From: Cyanophyceae cyanobacterium
GTDB lineage: Bacteria > Cyanobacteriota > Cyanobacteriia > Cyanobacteriales > JBHJGN01
DNA: 64,000 bases
Assembly: GCA_050331735.1 (NCBI GenBank)
Contig: JBHJGN010000020.1
Span: forward strand, 46,683-110,682
Direction of reading: 5' to 3'
The notes below the pieces were generated by a model that did not search any database, was not told where the DNA came from, and was given only the letters and a program-made list of their open reading frames with translations. The position numbers and the translations under genes are program-made. Below are positions 47,219 through 58,207 of this stretch, one piece after another (the stretch's first letter is position 1; every line of letters starts with the position of its first letter).

Positions 47219-47281
47219 CAACAAGCATCAAACAGGAACTTGTAATTCGCTATAGTGCCAGTAAGTTACAAGAAACTATTG

Positions 47282-47586
47282 ATGTCAGTTGCTAAAGCCA
47301 TTGAAATGGTGGCGGCTTCAGCACAAAGCTTTGATGATGCCATCCAAGAAGGATTAACCGACACCGCGCGATCGCTCGCGGGCATCAGTGGGATAGAACT
47401 TCTCAAAACGTCTGCCGGAGATTCCTCCGGCAGATTTTTGAGATCGTCAACTGGACTGCCGATGTAGAAAACAATCAGCTCGGGCGTTATCAAGTGACGA
47501 TGTACATGGCGTTTAAAGTTGAGCATCATTCAAGCACTTCCCAAGGCACAGATTCAGACTGCTCGCTCAGTTTTTGCCTCGGATGA
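47282..47586 (+). pseudogene. dodecin family protein frameshifted by a 44-bp insertion
   Basis: MSVAKAIEMVAASAQSFDDAIQEG...GISGI in one frame; EIVNWTADVENNQLGRYQVTMYMAFKVE resumes in another frame at 47440. Confidence 0.82.
47398..47443. repeat. palindromic mini-insertion inside dodecin
   Basis: TCTCAAAA-CG-TCTGCCGGAG-ATTC-CTCCGGCAGA-T-TTTTGAGA. Confidence 0.85.
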
Positions 47587-47654
47587 AGATACCTGTTCGT
47601 TCCGCTCTTCTCCTCCGCTGTGGGAGCGGGATGAAGATTTCCCGGAGCTAAATT

Positions 47655-48044
47655 ATGGAATACTTGCACTGTTTTGCCAACGTTAGCCTCGTGCTCAGGT
47701 TGATGGAGTATTTAGAAAACAATCCTGATCTACAGTTGAAAACGATCAGTGTCATTCACAACATTGACAAGTGGATTGTGAGAATTAAGCTGAAATTCCC
47801 TTTGTCTCTTGAGCGAGACGGAGACTTTTGGGCGTTTTTAAATGAGTTGGGATTTCCCATTCATTTATCTAAACAGCTCCTACTGGTTTTCAAAGAGTTG
47901 GATACCGGAAAGTCTCCTCCTCAGATCAGGCATCGTTATCGGCTTGTTATTGTTGCTCACGGCTTCCCGATGCCAGAGGCCCTTGAAAACTTCCGGAAAC
48001 AGTTTATTCTTGAACTTGGTTACTGTCCGCCCCACTTGTCTTAG
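47655..48044 (+). CDS. conserved cyanobacterial hypothetical protein
   Basis: MEYL..FANVSL.LRL.EYL...VIHNIDKW pattern; GGAG SD. Confidence 0.65.
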   Translation: MEYLHCFANVSLVLRLMEYLENNPDLQLKTISVIHNIDKWIVRIKLKFPLSLERDGDFWAFLNELGFPIHLSKQLLLVFKELDTGKSPPQIRHRYRLVIVAHGFPMPEALENFRKQFILELGYCPPHLS

Positions 48045-48169
48045 TGCTGAATCATATAAAGCTTTGGCAGCGATTGATGAGGGCAGACTCGCTCTGAAGA
48101 TGCCCACCCTGAAGTCCGCGCTCGCTTTTGTAAGCGGCAGAGAATTTAAGTTAAATCGGGTTGAGCTCC

Positions 48170-48826
48170 TTAATTGCTGTACAGTACAATCGGTTGGTTT
48201 GGCTCAACGACAACAACTCGGTCAGCCGTAATATTCCCAGTTGCAGCGCCCGCGGCAGCCCCACCAAGAATTTCTTCTACATTAGCTTCATCGCCGAGAA
48301 CCTCACCAACAACTGCCCCGGCTGCTGCACCGATCCCGGCATCTTCTGCGATCGAGCCTGCTGAGGTATCGCGGGGATCTTTGACATCTTCAATGACCGC
48401 AGAAGTAGCGCTGAGCGAATAAGAGTAACCGTCATAGACAACTGCCTCGGCTACATAACGCAGTCCTCCTTGGGCTGGTTCGTAGCGACCGACAATGGTT
48501 GCTCCATCCGGAATGACAACGTTATCAATTTCTTGTCTTTCAAAAGCAACTAAGTTGTAGGAGTAAACGCGGTCATTGTTGAGATAAAGGGTTTGCTCTT
48601 GGGCACTAGTCGCTTGGATAGAATTGCTTTGACTGATAAGAATTTGAGCCGATTCTGGAGCTTGCTCAAAGATATCTGCCCTGGATAAGCGCGCACGTTT
48701 TGTGCTTTGAGCTAGCCCTGTCTCTGGAACAAAGCTCAAACCTCCTAAAACGAGTGTCGAACTGGCAGCCAGAGTTGAAGCTTGACGAAATAAGGTAAGC
48801 TTTTTGCTTGAGTGATTGCTAGACAT
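48170..48826 (-). CDS. exported hypothetical protein with C-terminal glycine-zipper-like segment
   Basis: Signal peptide; IPDGATIVGRYEPAQGGLRYVA; AGIGAAAGAVVG...GGAAAGAA. Confidence 0.75.
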   Translation of the reverse strand: MSSNHSSKKLTLFRQASTLAASSTLVLGGLSFVPETGLAQSTKRARLSRADIFEQAPESAQILISQSNSIQATSAQEQTLYLNNDRVYSYNLVAFERQEIDNVVIPDGATIVGRYEPAQGGLRYVAEAVVYDGYSYSLSATSAVIEDVKDPRDTSAGSIAEDAGIGAAAGAVVGEVLGDEANVEEILGGAAAGAATGNITADRVVVVEPNQPIVLYSN

Positions 48827-48931
48827 TTTCGGATTTTCTTGATTTATCTGCGAATTTATGCTAGAAAAACTCCAAAATTGTCACCTCTATTGTTGGTTAG
48901 AGATGGTAGTCATAACAGGTGCGATCACCTA

Positions 48932-49648
48932 ATGCAAATCAAGATCAGCCATGATTGGCCCCGAACCGCTGAAGAAGCAACAGTTATTCAGCAACAGCTC
49001 AAATCTCAAGTCGTCACTGAAGATCAATTGGAGGACGTGAACTACGTTGCTGGCGTAGATGTCGGCTTTGAGGATAACTATGCGATTACCAAAGCCGCCG
49101 TTGCCGTCCTCACTCCTGATTTGCAGCTTGTCGAAACGGCGATCGCTCGTCGTCCCACCACGTTTCCCTACGTTCCTGGCTTCCTCTCCTTCCGGGAAAT
49201 TCCGGCAATTCTAGAGGCCCTGCAACAGCTATCGCTCACTCCTGACCTGATGATGTGCGACGGACACGGCATTGCCCATCCGCGTCGCTTCGGCATTGCT
49301 AGTCATCTCGGTGTCCTCATCGGTCTGCCGACCATTGGGGTGGCTAAATCTATTTTGGTGGGTAAACACGAAGCCGTTGCTCCTGAAAAAGGCAGCAGGC
49401 AGCCTCTCCAGCACCGCGGAGAAACCATCGGGATGGTGTTGCGATCGCGTACGAACGTCAAACCGCTCTATATTTCCGTTGGTCACCGCATCAGCTTAAT
49501 AACAGCAGTGGATACCGTCCTGCGCTACACTCCTAAGTACCGTCTGCCAGAAACTACTCGCTGGGCTGATAAACTGGCATCGAAAAGTCCCGGTGGGACG
49601 GGGAAGGGGGAAACTGCTCCTTTGGAACGGGGAAAGGGAAAAGAGTAA
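48932..49648 (+). CDS. nfi: endonuclease V
   Basis: GVDVGF, FPYVPGFLSFRE, CDGHGIAHPRRFGIASH, PTIGVAK, YRLPE; ATG at 48932. Confidence 0.96.
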   Translation: MQIKISHDWPRTAEEATVIQQQLKSQVVTEDQLEDVNYVAGVDVGFEDNYAITKAAVAVLTPDLQLVETAIARRPTTFPYVPGFLSFREIPAILEALQQLSLTPDLMMCDGHGIAHPRRFGIASHLGVLIGLPTIGVAKSILVGKHEAVAPEKGSRQPLQHRGETIGMVLRSRTNVKPLYISVGHRISLITAVDTVLRYTPKYRLPETTRWADKLASKSPGGTGKGETAPLERGKGKE

Positions 49649-49770
49649 GTCGCTCTGCGAAAGGGGCAAGGGAACAATGTCCCTCTGCGACGGGGGAAGA
49701 ACACAGAAGCAAGAAATCAGCCCAATGTCCCCCCCCCTTTACCCCTTCCCCTTTACCCTTTTCCCCATCT
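49587..49770 (+). repeat. cluster of four hairpin + G-run repeats plus an inverted C-run tract
   Basis: GTCCCGGTGGGAC (49587), GCTCCTTTGGAAC (49616), GTCGCTCTGCGAA (49649), GTCCCTCTGCGAC (49679); then CCCTTTACCCCTTCCCCTTTACCC. Confidence 0.8.
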
Positions 49771-49810
49771 TCAACCTCTGTATAGCAAGCACTCAGTCAA
49801 AAATAACGGT

Positions 49811-50185
49811 ATGAGTAGAGTTTTTTTGTCGCTAGCGGCGATTTTAGCAGGCTTATCGGTGGCGGCAGGGGCTTTTGCTAGCCATGCCCTGAAGGAGCGA
49901 CTGACCGAACGAGCGTTGGCGATTTTTGAAACAGGGGCTAAATATCAAATGTATCATGCGCTCGCGCTGCTGGGTGTCGCGTTGCTCCTTGGCCGTGAAG
50001 CTGGACAAACTCCACTCACCTTAGCTGGTTTTGCCTTTATTCTTGGTATTTTAATCTTTTCGGGGAGTCTCTACGGGTTGAGCTTGAGTGGCGTTAAGTG
50101 GCTAGGAGCAATTACCCCTCTAGGCGGTGTGGCGTTTTTAGTGGGGTGGGGATGTTTGGCGATCGCTGCGTGGACAATTAAGTAA
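49811..50185 (+). CDS. DUF423 membrane protein
   Basis: GAFASHAL, YQMYHALAL, FSGSLY, GAITPLGG. Confidence 0.92.
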   Translation: MSRVFLSLAAILAGLSVAAGAFASHALKERLTERALAIFETGAKYQMYHALALLGVALLLGREAGQTPLTLAGFAFILGILIFSGSLYGLSLSGVKWLGAITPLGGVAFLVGWGCLAIAAWTIK

Positions 50186-50219
50186 ACGGGAGCAGCAGAC
50201 GGTCAAAATCTAGTCAGGA

Positions 50220-50606
50220 TTATTCAATTTTCTCAATTTCCTCTCCAAACCTTCCCTCTTCCTTGTCGATGTCGATTTGAAGGAGGTTTTCTGGGTCAAT
50301 AAGCTCTTGCTCCATGAGAAGTTTAATTTCTCGCTCTAACTCTTCCTGTCCCTCTTCAAAAAAGAGACGTGAACTTCTAGCGGGTTCTGTTAATCCATTA
50401 ATAACGTTGGGAAGAGTAACAACGTCGGGAAGAGGGCGAACCTCCCTGACAACCAACGGGAAGGCTTCTATTGAAATCGATCCTCCCACAGCAGAAGATG
50501 CCATTTGAGCCTTGGCGGTGGGAACCAGACTGGCTAGCAGCGCCGTTGACACCACGAAAACAGCGCTTCGGTGAGCCAGAAGAAGCGCCGGAGAAAGAGC
50601 AAACAT
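50220..50606 (-). CDS. hypothetical exported protein
   Basis: Signal-like N-terminus; SRLFFEEGQEELEREIKLL. Confidence 0.6.
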   Translation of the reverse strand: MFALSPALLLAHRSAVFVVSTALLASLVPTAKAQMASSAVGGSISIEAFPLVVREVRPLPDVVTLPNVINGLTEPARSSRLFFEEGQEELEREIKLLMEQELIDPENLLQIDIDKEEGRFGEEIEKIE

Positions 50607-50801
50607 TTTTCTTGATTAAGTAACCCGTCCATCTTTATTATATATTGATTATTCTGGAGCATTTTTAACAGGATGCTTTGCTGGTGGTTCTCAAACAGAA
50701 CAAAACCTCAGAATCTGTCTTTAGCAAGACTTGTTAACATAAATAGTTTATCAGGGACCGATACCTGGTACATTGACCCAGTATTAGCAAATCATTATTG
50801 A

Positions 50802-51959
<1,158 letters not shown>

Positions 51960-52059
51960 CAGTGGCCAGGAAATAGCTGAGTTAATTTGGTAACTGGTCA
52001 CTGACTAAAGCACAAGAGCTGAACACCAAGCACTACCCATCGGTATCTGGTAACTGACT

Positions 52060-53187
52060 ATGAGAATTGCCCTATTTACAGAAACCTTTTTACCCAAAGT
52101 TGACGGCATTGTGACGCGCCTGCGCCATACGGTGGAGCATCTTCAGCGTGGGGGCGATCAGGTACTAGTGGTGGCTCCAGACGGCGGGATTACCGAATAC
52201 AGGGGCGCTCAAGTTTACGGGATTCCGGGGATGGCGTTTCCGCTGTACCCGGAGTTAAAGTTAGCGCTACCCAAGCTTGGAACCCGGGCAGTGATTGAGG
52301 AATTTCAGCCCGATCTCATTCATGTAGTCAATCCAGCAATTTTAGGCTTAGGCGGGCTGTACTGCGCCAAGGTAATGAACGTTCCATTGGTGGCTTCTTA
52401 CCACACTCATCTACCCCAGTATCTTAAGCACTACGGACTCGCAGCCTTAGAAGGAGTGCTGTGGGAATTGCTTAAGGCCATGCACAATCAGGCCCAGCTC
52501 AACCTATGTACCTCAACGGCGATGGTGCAGGAACTGGTCAATCACGGCATTGAGCACGTTGATTTATGGCAGCGGGGTGTTGATACAGAAATGTTCCAGC
52601 CGCGGTTAGCCTCAGCTCAAATGCGATCGCGCCTTTCCCAGGGTCATCCCGACAGTCCGCTGCTGCTGTATGTGGGGAGAGTATCGGCAGAGAAAGAAAT
52701 TGAGCAAATTAAGCCGATTTTAGCAGCCATTCCCCAAGCCCGTTTAGCCATTGTGGGCGATGGTCCCCATCGGGAAGCCTTAGAGGCATACTTTGCGGGC
52801 ACTCCAACCCACTTTGTTGGCTATCTTCAGGGATTAGAGCTAGCGGCGGCGTTTGCCTCGGCGGATGCCTTTATTTTTCCCTCGCGGACAGAAACCCTCG
52901 GTTTAGTGCTGCTCGAAGCGATGGCGGCAGGATGCCCAGTAGTTGCCGCTCGTTCTGGGGGCATCCCAGATATCGTCACCGATGGGGAAAACGGTTTTCT
53001 GTTTGAGCCAACCGATCCTCAAGGAGCGATCGCCGCCACGCAACGCCTGCTCAATGCGCAAGCAGAACGAGAAACTCTGCGGCGCAACGCCCGGCAAGAA
53101 GCCGAACGCTGGGGATGGGAAGCCGCTACTCACCAACTCCGGAACTACTACCACAGCGTTTGCCCCCCCTTATCTTCTGCCGCATAA
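52060..53187 (+). CDS. sqdX: sulfoquinovosyldiacylglycerol synthase (GT4)
   Basis: MRIALFTETFLPKVDG, YHTH, VGRVSAEK, ETLGLVLLEAMA; follows sqdB. Confidence 0.93.
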   Translation: MRIALFTETFLPKVDGIVTRLRHTVEHLQRGGDQVLVVAPDGGITEYRGAQVYGIPGMAFPLYPELKLALPKLGTRAVIEEFQPDLIHVVNPAILGLGGLYCAKVMNVPLVASYHTHLPQYLKHYGLAALEGVLWELLKAMHNQAQLNLCTSTAMVQELVNHGIEHVDLWQRGVDTEMFQPRLASAQMRSRLSQGHPDSPLLLYVGRVSAEKEIEQIKPILAAIPQARLAIVGDGPHREALEAYFAGTPTHFVGYLQGLELAAAFASADAFIFPSRTETLGLVLLEAMAAGCPVVAARSGGIPDIVTDGENGFLFEPTDPQGAIAATQRLLNAQAERETLRRNARQEAERWGWEAATHQLRNYYHSVCPPLSSAA

Positions 53188-53196
53188 ATGTAAGAA

Positions 53197-53265
53197 GTCG
53201 CTCCGCGACGGGGAAGGGGGAAAGGGCAAAGGGCAAAGGGAACAAACCATCAACCATCAACAAAA
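53197..53265 (+). repeat. hairpin + G-run repeat followed by AACCATC heptamers
   Basis: GTCGCTCCGCGAC GGGGAAGGGGGAAAGGGCAAAGGGCAAAGGG AACAAACCATCAACCATC. Confidence 0.8.
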
Positions 53266-53308
53266 AACTAGAATGTAATCTCCTCCTCATTCAAGCGAGC
53301 ACCACTAA

Positions 53309-53716
53309 ATGTTTCTGGAATTAAGCGCGGATATTGCCTCCACCGTGTTGCTGTTAAATGGAATCTTGACGAGTATCTGCCAGCTATTGGCACTCTTTGT
53401 CATTTTTGTCGGCGTGACGCGAGCCTTGATCATCTTTTTGAAGGATTTACTGGTTGCTCAGTCTCCCGAAGCTTTTCAAAAAAGCCGTTTTGCGATGGGC
53501 TATTCTTTTTCTCTCGGACTGAGTTTTCTGGTTGGGGCAAGTATCTTAAAAACCATGATCTCCAGTCGTTGGGACGACATTGCTCGCCTAGCGGCGATTA
53601 TCGCGGTGCGGACAGTATTAAACTATCTTCTCTTACAGGCGATCGAGCAAACCAGCGATAGTAAAGCTCGTTCTGACGATGGTGGTGTGTTTAATCAGCT
53701 ATTGACGAAGAATTAG
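53309..53716 (+). CDS. DUF1622 membrane protein
   Basis: LGLSFLVGASILKT...LAAIIAVRTVLNY. Confidence 0.82.
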   Translation: MFLELSADIASTVLLLNGILTSICQLLALFVIFVGVTRALIIFLKDLLVAQSPEAFQKSRFAMGYSFSLGLSFLVGASILKTMISSRWDDIARLAAIIAVRTVLNYLLLQAIEQTSDSKARSDDGGVFNQLLTKN

Positions 53717-53797
53717 CGATGGCAGATTTTAGTGAATTAAAGTAAAGGATGGCGTTTAAGTTTTTTGTTGATTGTTGGGTTTTCTCTTGATGATTAT

Positions 53798-55363
53798 TTA
53801 GTCTTCGCTGATTGACTTGATAGACTCTACTAAGTTAAGAAAATAAGGGTCTTGGCTAATTGCTTGAATGTAAGCAGGCTGTAGGGTGGGCTGATAGTCT
53901 TTATCTTGAGCGACATAAATTTTGAAGAAGGCGGTGCTTAAAGCGTTCTGATAGTCATTAGCCACTTGTCTGATCTCTTCGACAGATTTTCCCGCATCGG
54001 TGGGTAGAATCACGGGAGCATGAGGCAGTCCTTCAGAAACAACAAGGTATTTGTCCGGCGCCGGAAGGTGAGTAAACAAGGGCACGTGTTCGAGCAATAG
54101 CGGCGTAATAAAGTCTTGGTCTACCGTTTGCCAAAGAACCGGAATCGTGACGCGACTGATTCCAGCTTCCCCAAATAGACTATTGCCAAAAGGGACAGAT
54201 AAAAATACGGCTTGGATACGGCTGTCTTGCAGATTTGTGGTCTGCTGTGGGAGTTCTAAGGCCCGACACTGATACAGCAGCGAAATATTAACGATGGTTC
54301 CTTGATGTTCACAGTCGGCTGCAAGCTGCTCAAAGTTAATTTTAGCCCCGGCGAGAGAGAGGGCTGTTGTGCCACCAAAAGAATAGCCATAGACTCCTAC
54401 CTGCTGCAGATCTAGGTGTCCTTGAAAATGAGAAGCATTGAGCTGCTCTAGCTGATCGAGGACGAAAGTAGTATCTAAAGGTCGATCGATAAATTCTGTG
54501 GCATCGAAATTTTCCTGATACAGCCCGGCTAGAAACTTTCTTTGCCTTAAGCCATCGCTGCCCGGATGGTCGGGAATGGCAACGGCAAAGCCATAGGAAG
54601 CGAGATGTTGACCTAATTTTTGAAAGCGATCGCGCTCCGCCCCTAAACCGTTCGACACCACAATGACAGGGACTGAACCGGAGGTGGCGGTTGGCTGAGG
54701 CCGATAGAGATCGACCACCAGCAGGCGATCGCGCTTGACATCGCGGAGGGTGAGAGTTTGCTTAGTAGTGCTAAACCGTCCCGGCGTTCGTAAATCTGGC
54801 AGTTGATTGAGGTCACTGGAAACAGTGGATGAAGACTGTGCCAACTGAGCCACTAGCGCGTTAGTTTTTCGTTGCAGCGTGGAGATTGTCTGAATTAGCT
54901 TGAGGGTTTGCTCAGTATTAAGCTGAATATCTGTTGGGAATTTCTGGAGAAAGCCGATGACGCTGAGACCCTGCGGGGCTGCCGCCGCCTGAACTAAAGC
55001 GCCCCGAATCCCGTAGAAACCATTGGTTCCTTTGGGAAGGTTAACAATTTCTCCGATCCGCCGCAGCAGCCGTTCCCCAACGGAAGTATGAGAAAAGCGA
55101 TAAACTAAGACCGGATCGACGCGGTAGCGGGCCTGTAAAAAATTGCGGAACTGTTCTTGCTGTTCTGGGCTAAGACGGTTTAGATAAAGCCTTAATTCTC
55201 GCTCAACTGTTCCGGTGCGAGCAAAGGTTTCGAGAGCGTCTACGGAAATAGACAAGCCCAAAGGACCAAAATAAAAATCGATGCGTTCTGCGGCTTTGAG
55301 AGAGAGAGGCATCAAAGTCGCCAACCCAACTAGCACAGAACAGAGGTGTTTCCAAGTCTTCAC
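53798..55363 (-). CDS. DUF1400 + alpha/beta hydrolase
   Basis: AAERI..FGPL N-domain, HPGSD, DRPLD, nucleophile GYSFGG. Confidence 0.88.
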   Translation of the reverse strand: MKTWKHLCSVLVGLATLMPLSLKAAERIDFYFGPLGLSISVDALETFARTGTVERELRLYLNRLSPEQQEQFRNFLQARYRVDPVLVYRFSHTSVGERLLRRIGEIVNLPKGTNGFYGIRGALVQAAAAPQGLSVIGFLQKFPTDIQLNTEQTLKLIQTISTLQRKTNALVAQLAQSSSTVSSDLNQLPDLRTPGRFSTTKQTLTLRDVKRDRLLVVDLYRPQPTATSGSVPVIVVSNGLGAERDRFQKLGQHLASYGFAVAIPDHPGSDGLRQRKFLAGLYQENFDATEFIDRPLDTTFVLDQLEQLNASHFQGHLDLQQVGVYGYSFGGTTALSLAGAKINFEQLAADCEHQGTIVNISLLYQCRALELPQQTTNLQDSRIQAVFLSVPFGNSLFGEAGISRVTIPVLWQTVDQDFITPLLLEHVPLFTHLPAPDKYLVVSEGLPHAPVILPTDAGKSVEEIRQVANDYQNALSTAFFKIYVAQDKDYQPTLQPAYIQAISQDPYFLNLVESIKSISED

Positions 55364-56070
55364 GGTGAGTACGGCTGGCTCGGTGAACGTTTAGTCGCCA
55401 CGGCAAACAGCGATAAACCAAGAGGCGGTTTAACTCGCGCTTCCAACATCCGCAACAGCGGCACCACTCGGTCAAACAGCTCGACCTGATGGGGAGAGGC
55501 CGTGGTACGACCTAACCGACCATTGAGCCACCAGCCCGGTATTCCGGCAGCGTTAAAGAACCAGACGAGAGGCGGGGAGAAGTGAGCCTGCTCGCAAACC
55601 GAGGCGATCGCTCGTTTGCTGTAGCGCCGACAATGACCGATGGCAGCATCTAGCGAGCTATAGAGCCAGAGGCAGGCTGGCACTTTCACAATCAGCTTAC
55701 CTCCCGGCTTCAGGCAGGTGGACAGATGGCGCAGCATTTGTCCATCATCTTCGATGTGTTCCAGGACATCTAGCATTACTACTGTATCAACTGGCTGAGG
55801 CTGAATTTGAGCAGCATCGGCAACGAATATTTCTACGCCTGTGCCCTCCAGCCTTGCTTTGGCTAAGTTAACGTACTCTTCGTTAATGTCTATAGCCACG
55901 ACTTTTGAACACTGCTGCGCTAGCAGTTGGGTAAAATTGCCGTTTCCGCAGCCCACTTCTAACACGTCCTGCCCGAGGTGCGGCAGCAGTTGCGAGAAAA
56001 TCCAGGCATTGTAATGATTGGCTCGTTTTAAGTTTTCTAGCCAAAACGTTTGAGCGCTAGCGTCCATCAT
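55360..56070 (-). CDS. class I SAM-dependent methyltransferase
   Basis: VLEVGCGNG, LDVLEHI, LKPGG, VPA..WLYS.LD..IGH.RRY; TGATG coupling to the GT2 gene. Confidence 0.88.
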   Translation of the reverse strand: MMDASAQTFWLENLKRANHYNAWIFSQLLPHLGQDVLEVGCGNGNFTQLLAQQCSKVVAIDINEEYVNLAKARLEGTGVEIFVADAAQIQPQPVDTVVMLDVLEHIEDDGQMLRHLSTCLKPGGKLIVKVPACLWLYSSLDAAIGHCRRYSKRAIASVCEQAHFSPPLVWFFNAAGIPGWWLNGRLGRTTASPHQVELFDRVVPLLRMLEARVKPPLGLSLFAVATKRSPSQPYSP

Positions 56071-56876
56071 CACCCTCCGCTTCTGCCTCCTAACCGAAAT
56101 TTGATAACATACCACAGCGCCTTCAGTCCATCTCGCCAGCTAATCTTCTTGCCCTCAGCGTAGGTTCTGCCATAGTAGGCAATTCCCGTTTCGTAAAGCC
56201 GCCAGCGACGATGGGACGTGCTAACCTTGACCGTAAATTCTACTTCAAAACCAAAATCATTGCAGGTTAGCTGTAGCTCCTCTAGCACTTCGCTGCGAAA
56301 CATTTTGGTGCCAACTTCAACATCGCTGAGGGTGGTGTTGCACAGCAGGTTAATGGCATTGGTAATGATTTTGTTACCGAGATAATGATGGAAATATAAA
56401 ACTCGGTGCGGTTCGCCATAAAAACGAGAACCATAGACGACATCGGCCCATCCTTCGACGATCAGCCGCCACATGCGGCACCAGTCTTGAGGATCGTACT
56501 CCAGATCGGCATCTTGAACCGTAATCACGTCTCCGGTAGCGGCTTGAAATCCTGTCCGAAGGGCCGCTCCTTTGCCCTGATTTTGCTCGTGATAGATGGC
56601 TGTAACCGTTGGCACCGGATGCAGCGTAGTGCTCGGCAACGCTGCTGGTTCAACAGCGCCACTCTTGATGGTCCTGTGCCCAGATTCAAGCGTGAGGGAG
56701 GAGAGAGCAAATTGCTCCGCTTTATGCATCAGCCATTCGCGCGTCCCGTCTGTAGAACCATCATCGACAATAATAATTTCTTTTTCTACCTCCGGAAGCG
56801 CTTTGACAACCTTCCCTAAAATGCTGTCTAACGTATGGATTTCGTTGTACACCGGTATGATGACCGACAGCTTCAC
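56070..56876 (-). CDS. GT2 (DPM synthase-like) glycosyltransferase
   Basis: SVIIPVYNE, VDDGSTDGT, NQGKGAA, QDADLEYDP, YGSRF. Confidence 0.93.
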   Translation of the reverse strand: MKLSVIIPVYNEIHTLDSILGKVVKALPEVEKEIIIVDDGSTDGTREWLMHKAEQFALSSLTLESGHRTIKSGAVEPAALPSTTLHPVPTVTAIYHEQNQGKGAALRTGFQAATGDVITVQDADLEYDPQDWCRMWRLIVEGWADVVYGSRFYGEPHRVLYFHHYLGNKIITNAINLLCNTTLSDVEVGTKMFRSEVLEELQLTCNDFGFEVEFTVKVSTSHRRWRLYETGIAYYGRTYAEGKKISWRDGLKALWYVIKFRLGGRSGG

Positions 56877-57135
56877 TCTCTCACTCCTTATTGGCTAGTT
56901 TGGTCGCGCTAGCAGCTCAAATCACCGTTAAGATGGCGCTCCTATCGCCATTTCAACCCCATTTGCCTCTGAAAGTAAAACCATAAAATAAAAGAGCCAA
57001 ATCGGCAATCCTAAGCTTTTGCAACTTTACATCAGCCATGTTACAGGCTAGCCTAGAGCAGAATTTTGATGGTTATTCTAAGTAGCCTATCCGATGACGC
57101 CTGCCTCATTGCTCCGGTAACGAATCGAGACAATC

Positions 57136-57570
57136 ATGACCATGCTCGCAAAATCACCGCTCATTTTACCCTTTCTGCTAGGAGGGACTGTTGGCTGTAG
57201 TCAGCTAGCCTTGATGGCTCCCGGTTTAACTCAGGTGACTCCCATTAGAGACCTGCAACCACAGCAAACGGTTTATCTTCAAGGTCAGGTGAGCGATCGC
57301 GCTCCGTTTATCGGCAGTGGAGCCTATCAGCTTCAGGACAGCACCGATTCAGTCTGGATTGTGACCACCGAAGCGTTACCTAATCCAGGCGAGACAGTGC
57401 TGATCAGAGGTCAGGTACAGTACTCTAATCTGACTATTGAAGACATCGATCTTAGAGAGATCTATGTCATTCAAGAAGAAAGACTGCGATCGCAGCCTAC
57501 CCCCTCTGAATCAACTCCATCTCCAGCTAAACCGGTTGACGAGCTATTCATGCCCCATAAGAGTCAGTGA
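57136..57570 (+). CDS. putative OB-fold lipoprotein
   Basis: Lipobox-like TVGC; VYLQGQV...YQLQDSTDSVWIV. Confidence 0.65.
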   Translation: MTMLAKSPLILPFLLGGTVGCSQLALMAPGLTQVTPIRDLQPQQTVYLQGQVSDRAPFIGSGAYQLQDSTDSVWIVTTEALPNPGETVLIRGQVQYSNLTIEDIDLREIYVIQEERLRSQPTPSESTPSPAKPVDELFMPHKSQ

Positions 57571-58061
57571 CAGCCCTCGTTGCCCTCGCCATTCTCTACG
57601 AAACCGAAGCAGCCCCCGTTGGCGCACCGCCGATGAACGCTGAGCGTCGCTTCTTACTTCAGTTGCGCGACGATACTCCAGCCATTGCCTACCCGGGAGT
57701 GTGGGGATTATTTGGCGGTCATCTAGAGCCAGAGGAAACACCGCTAGCCGGATTAAAGCGAGAGCTACTCGAAGAAATCAACTACGCCGTTGCCTCTCCT
57801 CGCCCCTTTCGGACGTTTGCTGACAAGCGAGCAGTTCGTCATATCTTTTCTGCTCCCTTGACGGTCCCTGTTCAGGATTTGATTCTTCGTGAAGGTCAAG
57901 ATCTCCGGCTACTGAGTCCGGGAGAGCTCCGTTGTGGGAGTGCCTACTCCGTCAAAGCATCCCAGGTGAGAAAGATCGGCGCTATTCATCAGCGAATTTT
58001 GATAGAATTTATGGGCTTTTTGGCAGCAGAGCAAAGTCGCGGCGCGATGGAGAACGGGTAA
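57567..58061 (+). CDS. NUDIX hydrolase
   Basis: LLQLRD...WGLFGGHLEPEETPLAGLKRELLEEI Nudix box. Confidence 0.9.
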   Translation: MTALVALAILYETEAAPVGAPPMNAERRFLLQLRDDTPAIAYPGVWGLFGGHLEPEETPLAGLKRELLEEINYAVASPRPFRTFADKRAVRHIFSAPLTVPVQDLILREGQDLRLLSPGELRCGSAYSVKASQVRKIGAIHQRILIEFMGFLAAEQSRGAMENG

Positions 58062-58207
58062 CGGGAAAACTGTCGCGTTGACGAAGTTCTTCCGCAGGAA
58101 GCACACGACGGGTTGCCCCACACTTAGGAGCACTTCTACACAAAAATATACAAGATTTCTTAACTTGATTAGGGGTTTGCGGCTGCCATGAAGGAGGTTT
58201 AGCCTCT

